Source: Phyllosticta citribraziliensis
Taxonomy: Eukaryota
Length of the DNA stretch: 64,000 nt
Direction: 5' to 3'
NCBI RefSeq assembly: GCF_038025025.1
Contig: NW_027117347.1
Location: forward strand, 1,116,001-1,180,000
Shown in pieces: positions 12,801-25,085 of this stretch. The notes under the pieces are model-generated. The model worked only from the letters and a program-made list of their open reading frames with translations. It ran no database searches and was not told where the DNA came from. Both the position numbers and the translations under genes were made by a program. Each line of letters begins with the position of its first letter. Position 1 is the first letter of the stretch.

Positions 12801-15131
12801 GCAACAGCTGGACCACCAGGTTTTCCGGCCGACCAATACAGGCTGACGCCTTCGGATGGCATGATTACCAACAACGTCTCTGCCAACTTGTCCGCGGTCC
12901 TCAGACACTCGCGCTCGGCCGTGACAACTCCGGATTATTCGTCGTCATCCCAATTGCAACTGCGGAGATTTGCATCTCAAGGCAGTGGTATGCAACTAGC
13001 TCAGACCGATGAGAGCGACATTTCCCGATCCGTGAGTCCGTACCCTGGGAGAGGCTCTGAGGGAACGTCCTTCCGCCTGGATACGCCCCCTCCTCGCCCA
13101 CCTGGCCGCATGCTACGCAGAAGACCTGGCGGCAATCTTCGTGCCGTTCACAACGTTTGTGATCTGGACAGACAATCAACGGGATCGCTCTCAGACTTTA
13201 CCCACTCTGTTGGAAACTCTGTTGCCCTTCAGTCTGCCGGTGTATGGAGTACAACTGGCCGTGGTACAAACACACTCGACAACTCGCTTCGCCGCAAGTC
13301 TCTATCTCTGGTTGCTACCCACTCCTCCCAGCCTGTGCTGAGACCCTCTTTTGAGGCCGAGGTGGCGAGACTTGCATCTCTTCCAGACGATGATGAGGAT
13401 GACGGTGGTATTGAGTCGGCGCTACTGAAGCTCGAAGGAAAGTACGAGCGCAAGAGTTCTCAGTCGTCACCTCGCCACACCAACGTTTATGTTCCAACTG
13501 GAGCCCCGGCGCGGCCTAGGGCACGCGAGCTGTCCGACAGCAAGATTGAAAAGTTGCAGCACCGACATGAGCAGATCAATACCGAGGGCTTCGTTGACGT
13601 CTCGGCTCTCAAGAATCCTTTCCCAGCACCCAGCCTCCGTGGCCAGCAGCCCTCTCAGACATCTCTTCGTGAGACTCCTCGCAAGACTGAACCGGAACAG
13701 TCAGACATGTCGTACTCGAGCATTCCGCTTCTTGACCGCGGGACAAACTACTACGAATACTACCAGCCCACGAGGCCCGACGACTCGACTGATTCGGCTC
13801 TGCCAGCACCACTCGCTCCTGAGAGGTGGCGCGCGCCAAAGCCAGCGGCCAAGAACGACTCTGCTGGCTCCTCCATGGAGCACGTTGTGGAAACTGACAG
13901 CATCCGCCGAATTCCTCGAGGTGGCACCATGCCACAATCACCACAGTCACCACGATCGCCAGCAAAGTCGTCCAAGGCGCACCGGTCACTCCTTGCTAAT
14001 TACCAGGACGAATTTGATGACATATCCTCGGATATCTCGTCCAACAGGCCTGATTCGCGTCCCCAAAGCCATGGCGTGAGGAGCTTTTACGAAGACCAAC
14101 CTGCTGATCTCGGACCCCACGGCAACATTCCTCGTGCACGTTTCCCCCCGACGCCTCCCAAAGACAATGCTGGTGACGATTTCGAATACAACAGCATCGA
14201 CTTTGCCACATTCAACAAGGGACTGCCAACACCGGGCTTTACACCTCCTTTTAGATCTGGTCATGGCCACGTGCAAACACAGTCTGAAGCCAGGAATGAC
14301 CCACGTTTCAGTTTTGTCCATGAACCGCAAGTCCGCCAAGAACCCGAGCGCAGCGGACCCAAACACATTCCGTTCATTCTGGCATACGACTCTGCGATTT
14401 TGGCTGAGCAATTCACCGTCATCGAGAAAGATGCTCTCGACGAAATCGACTGGAAGGAGCTGATTGAGCTTCGTTGGAAGCAGTCATCCCCGCAGATTCG
14501 AGACTGGGTGGAATATCTCCGTACTCAAGAGCCACGCGGCGTCGACGTCGTGATTGCGCGGTTCAACATCATGGTCAAGTGGGCTGTCTCACAGTGTGTT
14601 CTCACCGAGGACCTCGACGAGCGTGTGCGAACAATTGTCAAGTATATCCGCATTGCGTCACATGCTCGGCGGCTCCGGAACTATGCAACCATGTACCAGT
14701 TCACCGTGGCGCTGCTTTCGAGCGACTGTGCGCGATTGCATCGTACTTGGGAACTGGTCCCAGCCGCCGACCGCCGGGTTCTACGTGAGCTTGAGAATCT
14801 CGTCCAGCCCGTCAAGAACTTCTACAACCTCCGCCTGGAGATGGAAATGGCCAGTCTAGAAGACGGATGCATTCCCTTTGTTGGAATCTATACGCGCGAC
14901 TTGATCTACAATGCCCAAAAGCCTGCGACATTGGGCGAAGGCAACGGCGGTCCCCTCATCAACTTTGAACGGCATCAGACGGCCGCGACCATTGTCAAGA
15001 GTCTCCTTCGCCTGCTCGAGGCCTCTGGCAGATATACCATGCACGCGCGCTCGGACGTCATCAGCAAGTGCCTTTGGGTGGCTGCTCTGAGCGACGAAGA
15101 GATTGCCAAGAGAAGCAGAGCTCTAGAGTGA
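9873..15131 (+). CDS. LTE1: Ras guanine-nucleotide exchange factor, Lte1-like (RasGEF_N/REM, long low-complexity linker, C-terminal CDC25 domain)
   Basis: Exon 1 9873-10171 and intron 10172-10279 (GTAATC..CTGAC..CAG) join in frame with the 1466-aa ORF. REM motifs LDYELLSDFFLTFR and VRTFVALRHWILNYF. GEF motifs LAEQFTVIEKD, GCIPFVGIY..DL and LINFER. Confidence 0.85.
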
Positions 15132-16964
15132 TCCACCTCCATTCTCGTCCACATATACCGACATGTACATTTCCTTGGCTCCCTCAATCATGCCAGTCAT
15201 GATTTACGAACCATCACTTCTATGCCCATCCATTTCTTCCATGTATGCATAAATCTACCCAAACATACGCGCCCTCTCGCCATTTCTTTTCACCGGCTTC
15301 TTGCCGTTCGATCGATACCTCATAGATGTTTAGCTCGCGAACCTGACCGTCGCTTATCCATCTCCTTTCTTGTATCTCTTGACATCTTTTCCGGCCAAGG
15401 AACAACATTTGTCCAATATCCAGCCACTTGTTTTCGCCTTTCTTGTGTCTTCACTGCTAATGTACATATTCTTCTTTCCTTGTGGTTCAACTTGTGGACA
15501 AGGAGAGTCTGCCATGCTTTTTCTTTGGGTCTATGGTACAAGGCGCAGGCCTCTGAGGCCCAGCCGCTGGAGATGACGCCGTCTGTTATATTGGCCGATT
15601 CTCATTTGCTATGTCACGGCGAATTAATCACCCTTTTTGTACGGGCTTTCCTCGTGTGTTTTTCCTCTGGACACGGATTTTCTCTTTAGGACTGGTCCAC
15701 GTGAAATGACGACCCGTAATGGATTTCTCCATCTTTGCTACAAGCGATACACCTGTGCGGATTTCCTTGTCTTCTTTTGCCAACCTATTTGTCCACCAAA
15801 GGTACTTGCCAGCCTTTCGAAGCTGCTCTTGTCGGGACGGCAGGGAGAGCTCTTGAGGGGTGGTGGCTCTCCCTCTGACGCAAGAGGCTTTGCGTGGCGT
15901 CGTCTGGGCGCGCTTTGCGGCTGGACTGGGCCATTGTGCTCTCCATACTCCTGCAGCTGCTTGTATCTGCCAAACGAGAAAGAAACTTCAGTCCATTGTT
16001 CTTCTGCTTGGGATGATTGGCCTGCCGTTCGCTCCCCTGTTCCAATTTTGACATCTCGTTCCGGTGGAACGATGTGCAGGAGGAGAGGTACAACATGCTG
16101 GACACGATACAGGGTAGGATGTTAACTATTGAAGCAGCAAGCAACATACGGTGGTTCCTGGCCGGCGGGACCACCGGGGACACATACATCTGCAGCGGCC
16201 CACGCGGCCTTTCCCGCAGTGGCAACAAGCACGGCTCGACGAACCAGGCATCCAACGCAGCAGCGCGGGTGGGTCAGCTCGCTTGGCCCGGTCCGGTCAA
16301 CGACTGCACATCCACGACCGTCGATCGACAATGATCCACGTCCGAGCCATGGCAAACAGCAAGCTTGATGACGAAGCGAGGTGGTGACACCCGCAATGCA
16401 AACGACTCAATCTTTCCACAGCGCCCAAGCAGCTCCTCCCCTTCCCACCGCCGCCACCACGACCTCATCTCAAAGCGATGAGAGGTACACAAATGAGGCC
16501 GCCTCCTCACCGCTACCTTGCCACCTCCACCGCTCCCATTCGATTACCCTCCACGACACCCACGGTCAACCCACACGCCATCCCGCCTCCGCACAGTCAA
16601 GAGAGTCAGGGCTCATCTGTCCTCCATCCACCCATCCTCCAAGATTCTTAACACCAGCTTATCCATGAAGCAACAACTGTTTGGTTTCCTTTTTGCTTCT
16701 CCCCATGATGTTTTTTCATGCCTTGCCTCTCCTCTTTACAATTTTCTCTCCTTCTTTTACAGCAGGCATATTTACAGAAGCGGACGGGAAAGGACAGGAT
16801 TCGGTACGTAGAAGATATGATGCACCATGTAAGTCCTGGAGAAGAAGACCATGGCGAACAATGCACCATCGACGAGGTCACTCATACCAGAATCACGCGC
16901 AACAGCTCTTGCACTGAGAAACACCAAGCATCTGTCCATTTCCCATGATTCCGATACCGCCTGT

Positions 16965-16966
<2 letters not shown>

Positions 16967-17002
<36 letters not shown>
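16967..17002. repeat. (GCCT)9 microsatellite
   Basis: Nine perfect GCCT units. Confidence 0.95.
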
Positions 17003-17320
17003 TCCCTGCGTAACTCAACGCCCTTTGCACTAGAGGACGACAAAAAGAAAAGAAAAAGCTCCAAGTATTGTATTCTCCCCACAGTCCAGTAACGCCGAAC
17101 GACCAGCCAGTCTCGCAGCAGTTGTTCCAGGGTATAAACAGAGAAGAAAGGGCAAAACACGGAGACCAATCCCACTGCGTCGTCTCATCCACACCGCATG
17201 TCGTGCCACGCAATTCTTACTGCGGAAACAAGTGTAGGCGGCGCAGCGAGGAAGAGTCGTGGTTGTCCCCGATCTGAGCGATGGTATGGCGTTGCTCTCT
17301 CGTCTCGAAACCTTTTAGGC

Positions 17321-18242
17321 TCAAGCCAGAACGACATGCTCACTCGCTGTTGGCACACCAGTCAGTAACCATTCACAGATGTGTACCAGTGAGATCTCGA
17401 AAATGCCAGGAAAAGGGGGAGCAACAGACCTCGAGGGCGGCAAAGGCGGCAAGGGGCGATTATAGTCAATCGCCGACGGGCGAGGGCGATGCGGCAAATG
17501 CAGCCCGATGTTGTGCTGATTGACGTCGAGACGGCGGCCACGTGTTGACTGGCGACGATGTCGTTGTTCCTGCCTCGCACCGCGCACGACCAGCGTACTC
17601 GCAGCAACTTCAGCACCCACATCCGTCTGCGTCTGCGTCTGCGTCTGCCTCTCCATCTCCGTTTGCGCCTCGCGCCTCTCGCTGCCAGTACCAGTCGCAG
17701 CCGCAAAGCTCGACCGCACGCCAGCGACGCTGGAGCGCAGATGGGCGCTGAGGCGGCGGAGGCGCTCTTGTCGGGCCAGGCGGCGCGCCTCGCGCAGGTC
17801 GTCTTCCCACTCGCGCGCCATGGCCAGGAACTCGTGGTCAATCGTCTCTTCCTCGGAGTCGGCCTGTTCTGATTGCCGCGTGCGGTGTTGGTGAGGGCGA
17901 GGGTCGGTCAGCAGCTCGCGCTCTTCCGGCGTCAGGCGCACGCGGTGGTAGCGTCGTGGGCCGGGGCCTGTGTGGGGGACGACCTGGAAGCTGTCGCGTT
18001 AGTTGTGGATCAAGATGTCGGGTGGTGAGACGGGATGGGATGGTGTTGCGGTTCAGGTGAATGTGAAGTCGAGTCGCCTCCATCGTTCTACTTACGTCGC
18101 CCTCGAGCGTGAGGAAGCCAAAGTACCAGAGGAGGACCATGGGCGCAATGACAATGATGTCCCACGTGATGATGACCCAAGTGAAGCTGAACGCGCTGTG
18201 TGGCTCGGCGTTGCCGTGTTGTTCAGCGGGAGCGTAGTCCAT
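17321..18242 (-). CDS. Hypothetical single-pass membrane protein, about 270 aa
   Basis: Exon 1 MDYAPAEQ..FTWVIITWDIIVIAPMVLLWYFGFLTLEGD. Intron 18095-17984 (GTAAGT..CTAAC..CAG) joins in frame to the 17321-17941 ORF, which is charged and helical with a Pro-rich tail. Confidence 0.6.
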
Positions 18243-18635
18243 GGTCGCAGAGCAATTGGAGATGTGACGGTGGAGGTAGCAAGAGAACAAGACAAGAGCG
18301 ACGTGCAAGTGTCGGACAGAAGAGCCAAGAGGTGGACGATGGAAAGTCAAGTGGCTTGCCAAAGAGGGAAGTTGTAAATGGAAGCAGAGCATGGCGATGC
18401 CAAAACGTCATCACGGCGCAGACACATGTCGCCGGTGCGCACCGAAATTGATACGCAGCAGTGTTAAAAGAGAGGGAAGATTGGAGAATTCCTTGAACCG
18501 CTCAAAGTGCCCGCCTGACCATGAGAATCAGAGACTGGATATATACAGTACAGACCGAGCGGTGCCCCGCCAACGCCGCGCCCGAATCACTTTAACACGG
18601 ACAATGCATATACTACGTTTTCTTCATGCTCATGC

Positions 18636-20418
18636 TTATGCGCCGTTCTTCTCCCAGGGAAGGCTGAACGTGCCCACCCAATCCTCGACCTCCTTGCGCA
18701 GCTGGATGATGTCCGTGACATTCTCACCCTCGCCCAAGTACTCTTTGAAAGCATTGACGCTCGTCGGGTTCTTTCTGCCCTTGGCCTCGGCACTCTCCTT
18801 TGCCTCCTTGTCCAGCTTCTGGGTGATGGTAACGGCGCGGTGCACAATGTCAGCTACACGGCGGAAATCATCGGGCCCAAAGCCACGAGTTGTCATGGCT
18901 GGCGTTCCCATGCGCAGACCGCCGGGCTTCATGGCAGACTTGTCACCGGGAACAGTGTTCTTGTTGCTTGCCACGCCAACAAGCTCAAGCACGCGCTCGA
19001 CGCGCGCACCATCAACGCCTCTGTCCTTGAGATCAATGAGAACAAGGTGGTTGTCAGTGCCACCACTGACAATGTTGTATCCAAGGCCGCCCTTGTCCTT
19101 GGAGTTTCCGAGCCTCTCAGCCAGCGCCTTGGCGTTGATGAGCACGGTACGTTGGTACTGCTGGAACTCGGGTGTTTGAGCCTGCTGCAGAGCAACCGCA
19201 AGCGCGGTGATTGTGTGGTTGTGTGGGCCTCCTTGGTGTCCGGGGAAGACAGACGCGTTGATCGGGCCCTCCAAGTCCCACTTTTCCTCCACACCCTTCT
19301 TATCAACTCTTCGGACACCCTTGCGGTAGAAGATCATGGCACCGCGGGGGCCGCGGAGAGACTTGTGAGTCGTGGTCGTTACGACGTCAGCCTTGGTAAA
19401 AGGCGAAGGGACGACACCGGCGGCAACGAGACCAGAGATGTGCGCCATGTCGGCAAACAGGTACGCGCCAGACTTGTCCGCAATGGCGCGGAAGCGCTCA
19501 TAGTCGAGAAGCCTGCTGTAGGCTGAGGTGCCAGCCACAATGACCTTGGGGCGGTACAACAGAGCCATCTCCTCCAGCTTGTCGTAATCAATCAGGCCCG
19601 TCTGCTCGTTCAGCCTGTATGGGAGCGTCTCGAAGTACTTGGAAATGGCGGAAATCTTTTTGGAGGGAATTTGGTATCCGTGGGACAAGTGGCCGCCGTG
19701 AGGAAGGTCGAGACCCATTATGCGGTCATGAGTGTTTGCGACGGCAGAGTATGCGTAGAGGTTGGCAGGCGATCCGGAAAGGGCTGCTTAGGGTCAGTTG
19801 GGCAATCTAGCCGCCGAGCCAAAACGACCTACGCTGAACATTGACGCCCCACTCGCTATCTTTAAGACCAAAGGTTTGGAGAGCTCTTTGCTGGCAGAGC
19901 TTCTCGGCCTCGTCAATGTGCTCGTTGCCTCCGTAGTAGCGCGCGCCGGGATAGCCCTCGGAGTACTTGTCTGGCAGCGGCTCAGCATGTGATTGTCTTG
20001 AGATTTAGAGAGGCAGTACTTTGCATGACACTTCCCAGGGCATCGAGAACGGCCTGAGACGTAAAGTTCTCGGAAGGAATGAGGTTGATAAAGTGCTTTT
20101 GCCGCCTCTTCTCCTACAACGGGCGACTGGCGTCAGCGGGGCGCAGGCAGGGTTGCGCCTGGGAACCGACCTTTTCGATGATATCGTAGACTAGGGGATC
20201 ATTTTCGGCGAGGGTCGTAGACAGTAGCTGGGTAGGGTCAGCACAATTGGGCATTGTTCAAAGCGGCGATTCTTGGGTACCTTGTGCTGGCTGTCCGGAG
20301 ATACGGCGGCATAGCTGCGGGCGAAGGCGGATTGCAGGCGCCTAGGAGCAGCAGGACGCCGGCAGACGTGCGAGAGGAGGGAACGAGAAGCCCGCGAGCT
20401 GCTCGCAAAGGACGACAT
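18636..20418 (-). CDS. SHM1: Serine hydroxymethyltransferase, mitochondrial
   Basis: Ser/Arg-rich presequence [12 protein letters not shown]. Four introns: 20280-20228, 20170-20114, 20019-19971 and 19832-19784. Motifs [35 protein letters not shown] and [13 protein letters not shown] (PLP lysine). Confidence 0.95.
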
Positions 20419-21336
20419 GGCTGTCGAATAGAATGATGGAGGGGTGGAGGAGCAAAGATGGCACGAGTGGTGCGATGATGCGCCGGGATCAGACGCAGCG
20501 GGCGGCTCGCGGGCTCCGCTTGCGGTCTTGGCACTCAAGCTTTTTTCGGCTACGCGTCGCTCGCGCCCGAGTTGGCTTCCTCAACAACTAATTCCTAGAT
20601 GATGCGACGGTATACGGCACGACACTCACCCGGCTACATCATGTTGCTGGCGTGTGGTGACGCTGACATGTCCCGCCCCACTCACCACCTTTCGAGGGGC
20701 AATATGAACCCGTCTGATAGGAATCGGTTGTGTCGACGCACCTCCGGTACAGACGCGCAGGCCGATGACGGCTCTGGGGGCGAGTCCCATGTCTGACGAC
20801 ACGTCTTGGCTGTCTGCCTGCCTGCGAGTCAGCATCGTGGGATGCCATGGACGCGAAAATGCAATGGGCATCGATGCCTGGAGGCTGCATGGGATGGGAT
20901 GGGATGTTCAGGACACTCCTAAGTACATGTAGCCAGATGCAAATGCCAAACCCTCTTTTTTTCGATCCAACTCCACACCAAAAGCATGTGCTGACCAGAC
21001 CAAGACCTGCCCGTGATGCAAGAGGAGCCAGGACCCAGGACCCGGAGTCGCTGCATTGAAGCCTGGAGTTGTTGATGAGCAAGGTGCAGGATGTTGTTTG
21101 TTCAGCATCGTGACGCCCATGGCGGTAGACCCTCTGGCGCCTGCCCAGGCTGGCTCCTTCCCAACCAGAGGCAGGTACCGGTACGGCCTTCTCGCCTGCC
21201 TGATGGCCACACACCGGCCATCGTCGCGCCGTGGCCCTCCTTCCAACGTCAACCGCCGCCGACCGTTTGTAACCCAACACCATCGCCGACGACTCATCGA
21301 CGACTCAGCAACATGCGGAGCCGCGCTCACACGATC

Positions 21337-22677
21337 ATGAACCGCAAGATGAAGCCTCCCAGCCGCAACTCCAAGCCCTCTGCTCGCAGCTCCACCAGAC
21401 AGCCGAGCGAAGAGCTCGGCCAGGGTGACTTGGCCGTTCGCCGCAACCCTCGCACCGGACGCCCCATTCGCGAATCTGCTGGCAAGAGGAAGTCAAACTC
21501 TGCCTACGTCAACACTGTCGATGCCGTTGACGACGATGGAGACTCGTTCTTTGAAGCCTCCGAGGACGAAGAGGGTAACCCTAAGAAAAGGAAGCGCACG
21601 CCTTCGCCCACCCCCCTCGCCCTTGACCTGCTCCCTTCCGAGTACAAGCGATATGGCCCGCTGCCCGGTCCCGAGGCACCTAGACGCTCTCCTACTCCCG
21701 ACCCGACGTTTGAATCCCATCGGCCATTGAGCGGCGATGCAGGCGATAAGCAATCCGAGCCCGAGACCGTCAACCTGACGCTCAACATTCCACCTGGATT
21801 TTCTGGCCCAATTCACTTCACCATTGACAAGACGCTTTTCGAGACGAGCGCCAACCACGTCAAGGACAGCTCCGCTCCAAGCGAGCAGACCAAGTCGAAG
21901 GCCAAGGCAAAGGTCAAGCCCTCCAAGGAGAAGCCTAAGGAGGAGCCCAAGGAAAATCTGATCTTGAAGCTTCCCGCCGAGCTTCGCATCAAGATCTACC
22001 GGAACTTGTTCTACCACCCAGACGAGTTGGCGCTCGTTGACCCCTCCAACTTTTCCCTTTCGAGCGCGTTTCTTCGTACCTGCAGGACGATCCACGATGA
22101 AGGTTGCGGCATTCTGTACGGCTCCAATACCTTCCAGTTTGCTCGCAATACCGAGATGCGCGCTCCCTTGTGGGTCAAGGAGAAGAAGGAGGTGGGATAC
22201 CATGATGTTCGCCTGTGGTTCCACACCATTGGTCCTCAGAATATCTCGGTATGTCTCGCCTTGACTGCTGGAAGCTCACGTCAGCTGACCTCCTGCAGCG
22301 CCTCAGGTCCATCATGCTTCTCTTCAACGATGCGCTTCCCTCTGCGAGGGGCATCAGTAAGTGGCCCCATGTGTGAATTTTTGTCTCCCAGAAAGCTTAT
22401 GCATCTTGCAGTCGAGCGCCAGTTCGTCCGAGACGACCATCTGATCTACACCCTGCGCATGATTGCCAAGTACGGCCAGCTCCACGAAGTCACCATCCTT
22501 TTTCAGGGTCGCAAGCCTGTCCAGCGCACTGACTTCCGTTTCCTGGATGCTCTGCGCCGGATCAAGTGCGACAAGCTGGACCACGGCTTGGCGCACGTTT
22601 GGGTGTCCAAAAACAGGGACGCCATCGAAGTGCTGGAGAGGAACATGGTTCGACGCGTTGAAGAGGTCGAGGAGTGA
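21337..22677 (+). CDS. Uncharacterised fungal protein with basic/acidic disordered N-terminus and an F-box-like 'LKLPAELRIKIY' domain (DUF7730-like)
   Basis: NLS-like KKRKRTP, then LKLPAELRIKIYRNLF..FLRTCRTIHDEGCGILYGSNTFQF. Predicted introns 22249-22298 and 22357-22411. Start codon uncertain (21312 or 21337). Confidence 0.7.
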   Translation: MNRKMKPPSRNSKPSARSSTRQPSEELGQGDLAVRRNPRTGRPIRESAGKRKSNSAYVNTVDAVDDDGDSFFEASEDEEGNPKKRKRTPSPTPLALDLLPSEYKRYGPLPGPEAPRRSPTPDPTFESHRPLSGDAGDKQSEPETVNLTLNIPPGFSGPIHFTIDKTLFETSANHVKDSSAPSEQTKSKAKAKVKPSKEKPKEEPKENLILKLPAELRIKIYRNLFYHPDELALVDPSNFSLSSAFLRTCRTIHDEGCGILYGSNTFQFARNTEMRAPLWVKEKKEVGYHDVRLWFHTIGPQNISVCLALTAGSSRQLTSCSASGPSCFSSTMRFPLRGASVSGPMCEFLSPRKLMHLAVERQFVRDDHLIYTLRMIAKYGQLHEVTILFQGRKPVQRTDFRFLDALRRIKCDKLDHGLAHVWVSKNRDAIEVLERNMVRRVEEVEE

Positions 22678-25085
22678 AACCAGTTGGACCAAAGCCTGTT
22701 GAATTCGGCATGATCTCCATCGGCGACCATTCGATTCGGACAGATCCCTCGGTTTCACAGGCAACTACGGCCATTGGGTCTCTTGTAAAGTCGCCATAAT
22801 CGCGTTGGGCTCAATCGACACGAACTCGTCTCCTTGTCTTTGCTAAAGGACATCCCCTGGAGTCACTTGTTGACACCACAATGATTCCCCTGCTGTTCCC
22901 GACAACGGAGCATCAAACAGTGCCATGTTTCAACAAGCGCTCTCGAATTCAACACCAGCACACTGCATCACGGACTTTACGACTGCGACGGAATGATCAT
23001 AATTGACCCTGCATGGATTACGAATGGCAAGCCTTTCCTTCTGCACGAGACAACAGGGTGGGCGGACGGGGCGGGGGGAAAAAGGGCATCGATTCTCAGG
23101 AATTTGGGGGTCGGATCGGAACTTTTTCTTCCTTTCTCCTTCTCTCCCCTTTGCTTTGGGGAAGAAGTCCTTACATGTGTACATTAGCTATCTGCCCCTT
23201 TCGTGCTGAGACGACAAAACAATAAAATCTGCTTTTCCCCTAATCCATTTGAGACGTGTGTGTAGACGTCGAGGAGACTGAGCCAAGTCAGGAAGCATTC
23301 AACGCTGTAAGGCGGTTGTTGCGCGTGGTTGGTGTTGTCGTCCTACATTCGACGTCGTCCATCACCGGCGGTGCGTGCTGCCTGGGGGAAACAGTTTTAC
23401 GAGCCTATACGAAGCGAAACATTCCCGAGGCCGGCGCCCGTCCGGACGGCCGTCGTCTTAACTACCGCGACGTTCAATGTCATGGCAGAGTGACGCCGCT
23501 ATGCCTTTTTTGGCTTAGCCTAGAATTTTGCGGGTTGTGATTGGCTGGTGCGGGCTGGAAGCAGAGCGTCGCGCTAAAACTTATGGACGTGGGATGGTGA
23601 ATTTGGGAGAGGGAGAGAATGGGGTCGTTGGTGAGGATGGTAGGATGATAGGCGAGTAGATGGCGTGGAGGTGCACGAGCGAATCGGTTGATTGTGGGCG
23701 CCGGCGTGAGTATGTAGGTATTTATTATATATATAGCAGATTGGAGTACAGTGACAACACACGATATGTATGCCTCAACGGGGATTTGTAGGCAAAACAT
23801 ATGGCCACAAGTACACATGCGGACGTTGATGGTGGTGTGTCTGTGGTGTATCACTTGGCATATAAAGAGCAGCACGCCAACGGAAGCACAGGGCCGAACT
23901 TCAGAAGAGCCTGCAGCTCTTGGTAGCTGGTTCACGAAAACCACGCGCTCTTTAGCGTGGTTGCTCTCCAATCTATACCTGGTTCCTGGTTCCTGGTGCC
24001 CGGTGCCTGACGAAGCATTGGCAAAGACGACTGGTGGCGTGACATGGCCCAGCATTATGTTAGTAACTCCCTAGTAATCTAGCGCCAGCGGGTCTGCAGT
24101 GTGCCAGGTAGCCTAAGGCCACGACAGGATGGACAGGGGAATCTGTGGAATCAGGTGCTTGACTACCGTTACTCAACGTGGGCCACATATTGAATGTGCG
24201 TTGGTAGTTGACGGGCCGTGTCTTAGTAGACGAGACATATAGACAGTGTACATGCGTCCCTGATGCTGAGGTAGCGCTCTGCTGTTGCTATGCACACTCA
24301 ACCTCATCCAGCCTGCTGACTCCTTGTTTTAGCTGGGCAGCGCACGCCGCGATATCCCTGCCTCCCGTCACTCATCCCCAAACCCATGACAGCGAAAGAG
24401 AGTGATGAAGCGAACACCGCACCGCAGCAGTCGCTCCAACACCGCTGACAAACAGCACAGCAGCAGCAGGTAAGCTCCTTCACAAGCGCAGTAAGCCTGC
24501 CTGGTACGAGCAAGGCACACAAAGGCGGAATCAGAACCAAGCATTGGCATGAGCATCGGTAGGGGTCCCAGGATCGCCGAAATGCTTGTGCCTGGGCGGC
24601 GGCGGGGAGCGGGCAGCAGGCTGGCCCGGACAGGCAGTTCCCCTGCAGCCGCGGCCGGGAGAATTGTTTTTCGGGCGGCGCGTCCTTTTCTTTTTCCTCT
24701 TGTTTGTCGCGATGGCTGCAGATGGCTGATGTTTGGGAAATGGCTGTGCCTGAGTCTGCTTGCTTTGGGCGGGCCTGGAGCGCGGCAATTGCTTTTGCCG
24801 CGATGGCCGGAGATGCCTGGGGTATTGTTTTCCTTGCGCATAAGGCTTTGTTGGTGGGGGCGGGGGTGCTGATGAGTTCTTGAGGTTTGAGCTTAGCTTG
24901 CAGAAGCTGTCGCGTGCGCGGATAAACACCTGCAGTCGATAGGGACCGTCCGATTGCTGAGTCTGCGAGGGGTAGCAAAGATTTGGACAAAAGAATAGAG
25001 GACACTGCGAGAATCAAATTTTGGTGTCCATGTGGTGGCTTTGTCTTCAAACCTTTTTGCCATTCAATTACGTCTTTCCAGGGCT

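Noticed and set aside
15700..16400. Fragments faintly resembling transporter motifs (ARFAAGLG, IVLLLGMIGLP), a possible pseudogene
   Set aside because: Too short and not colinear enough to support without a search.
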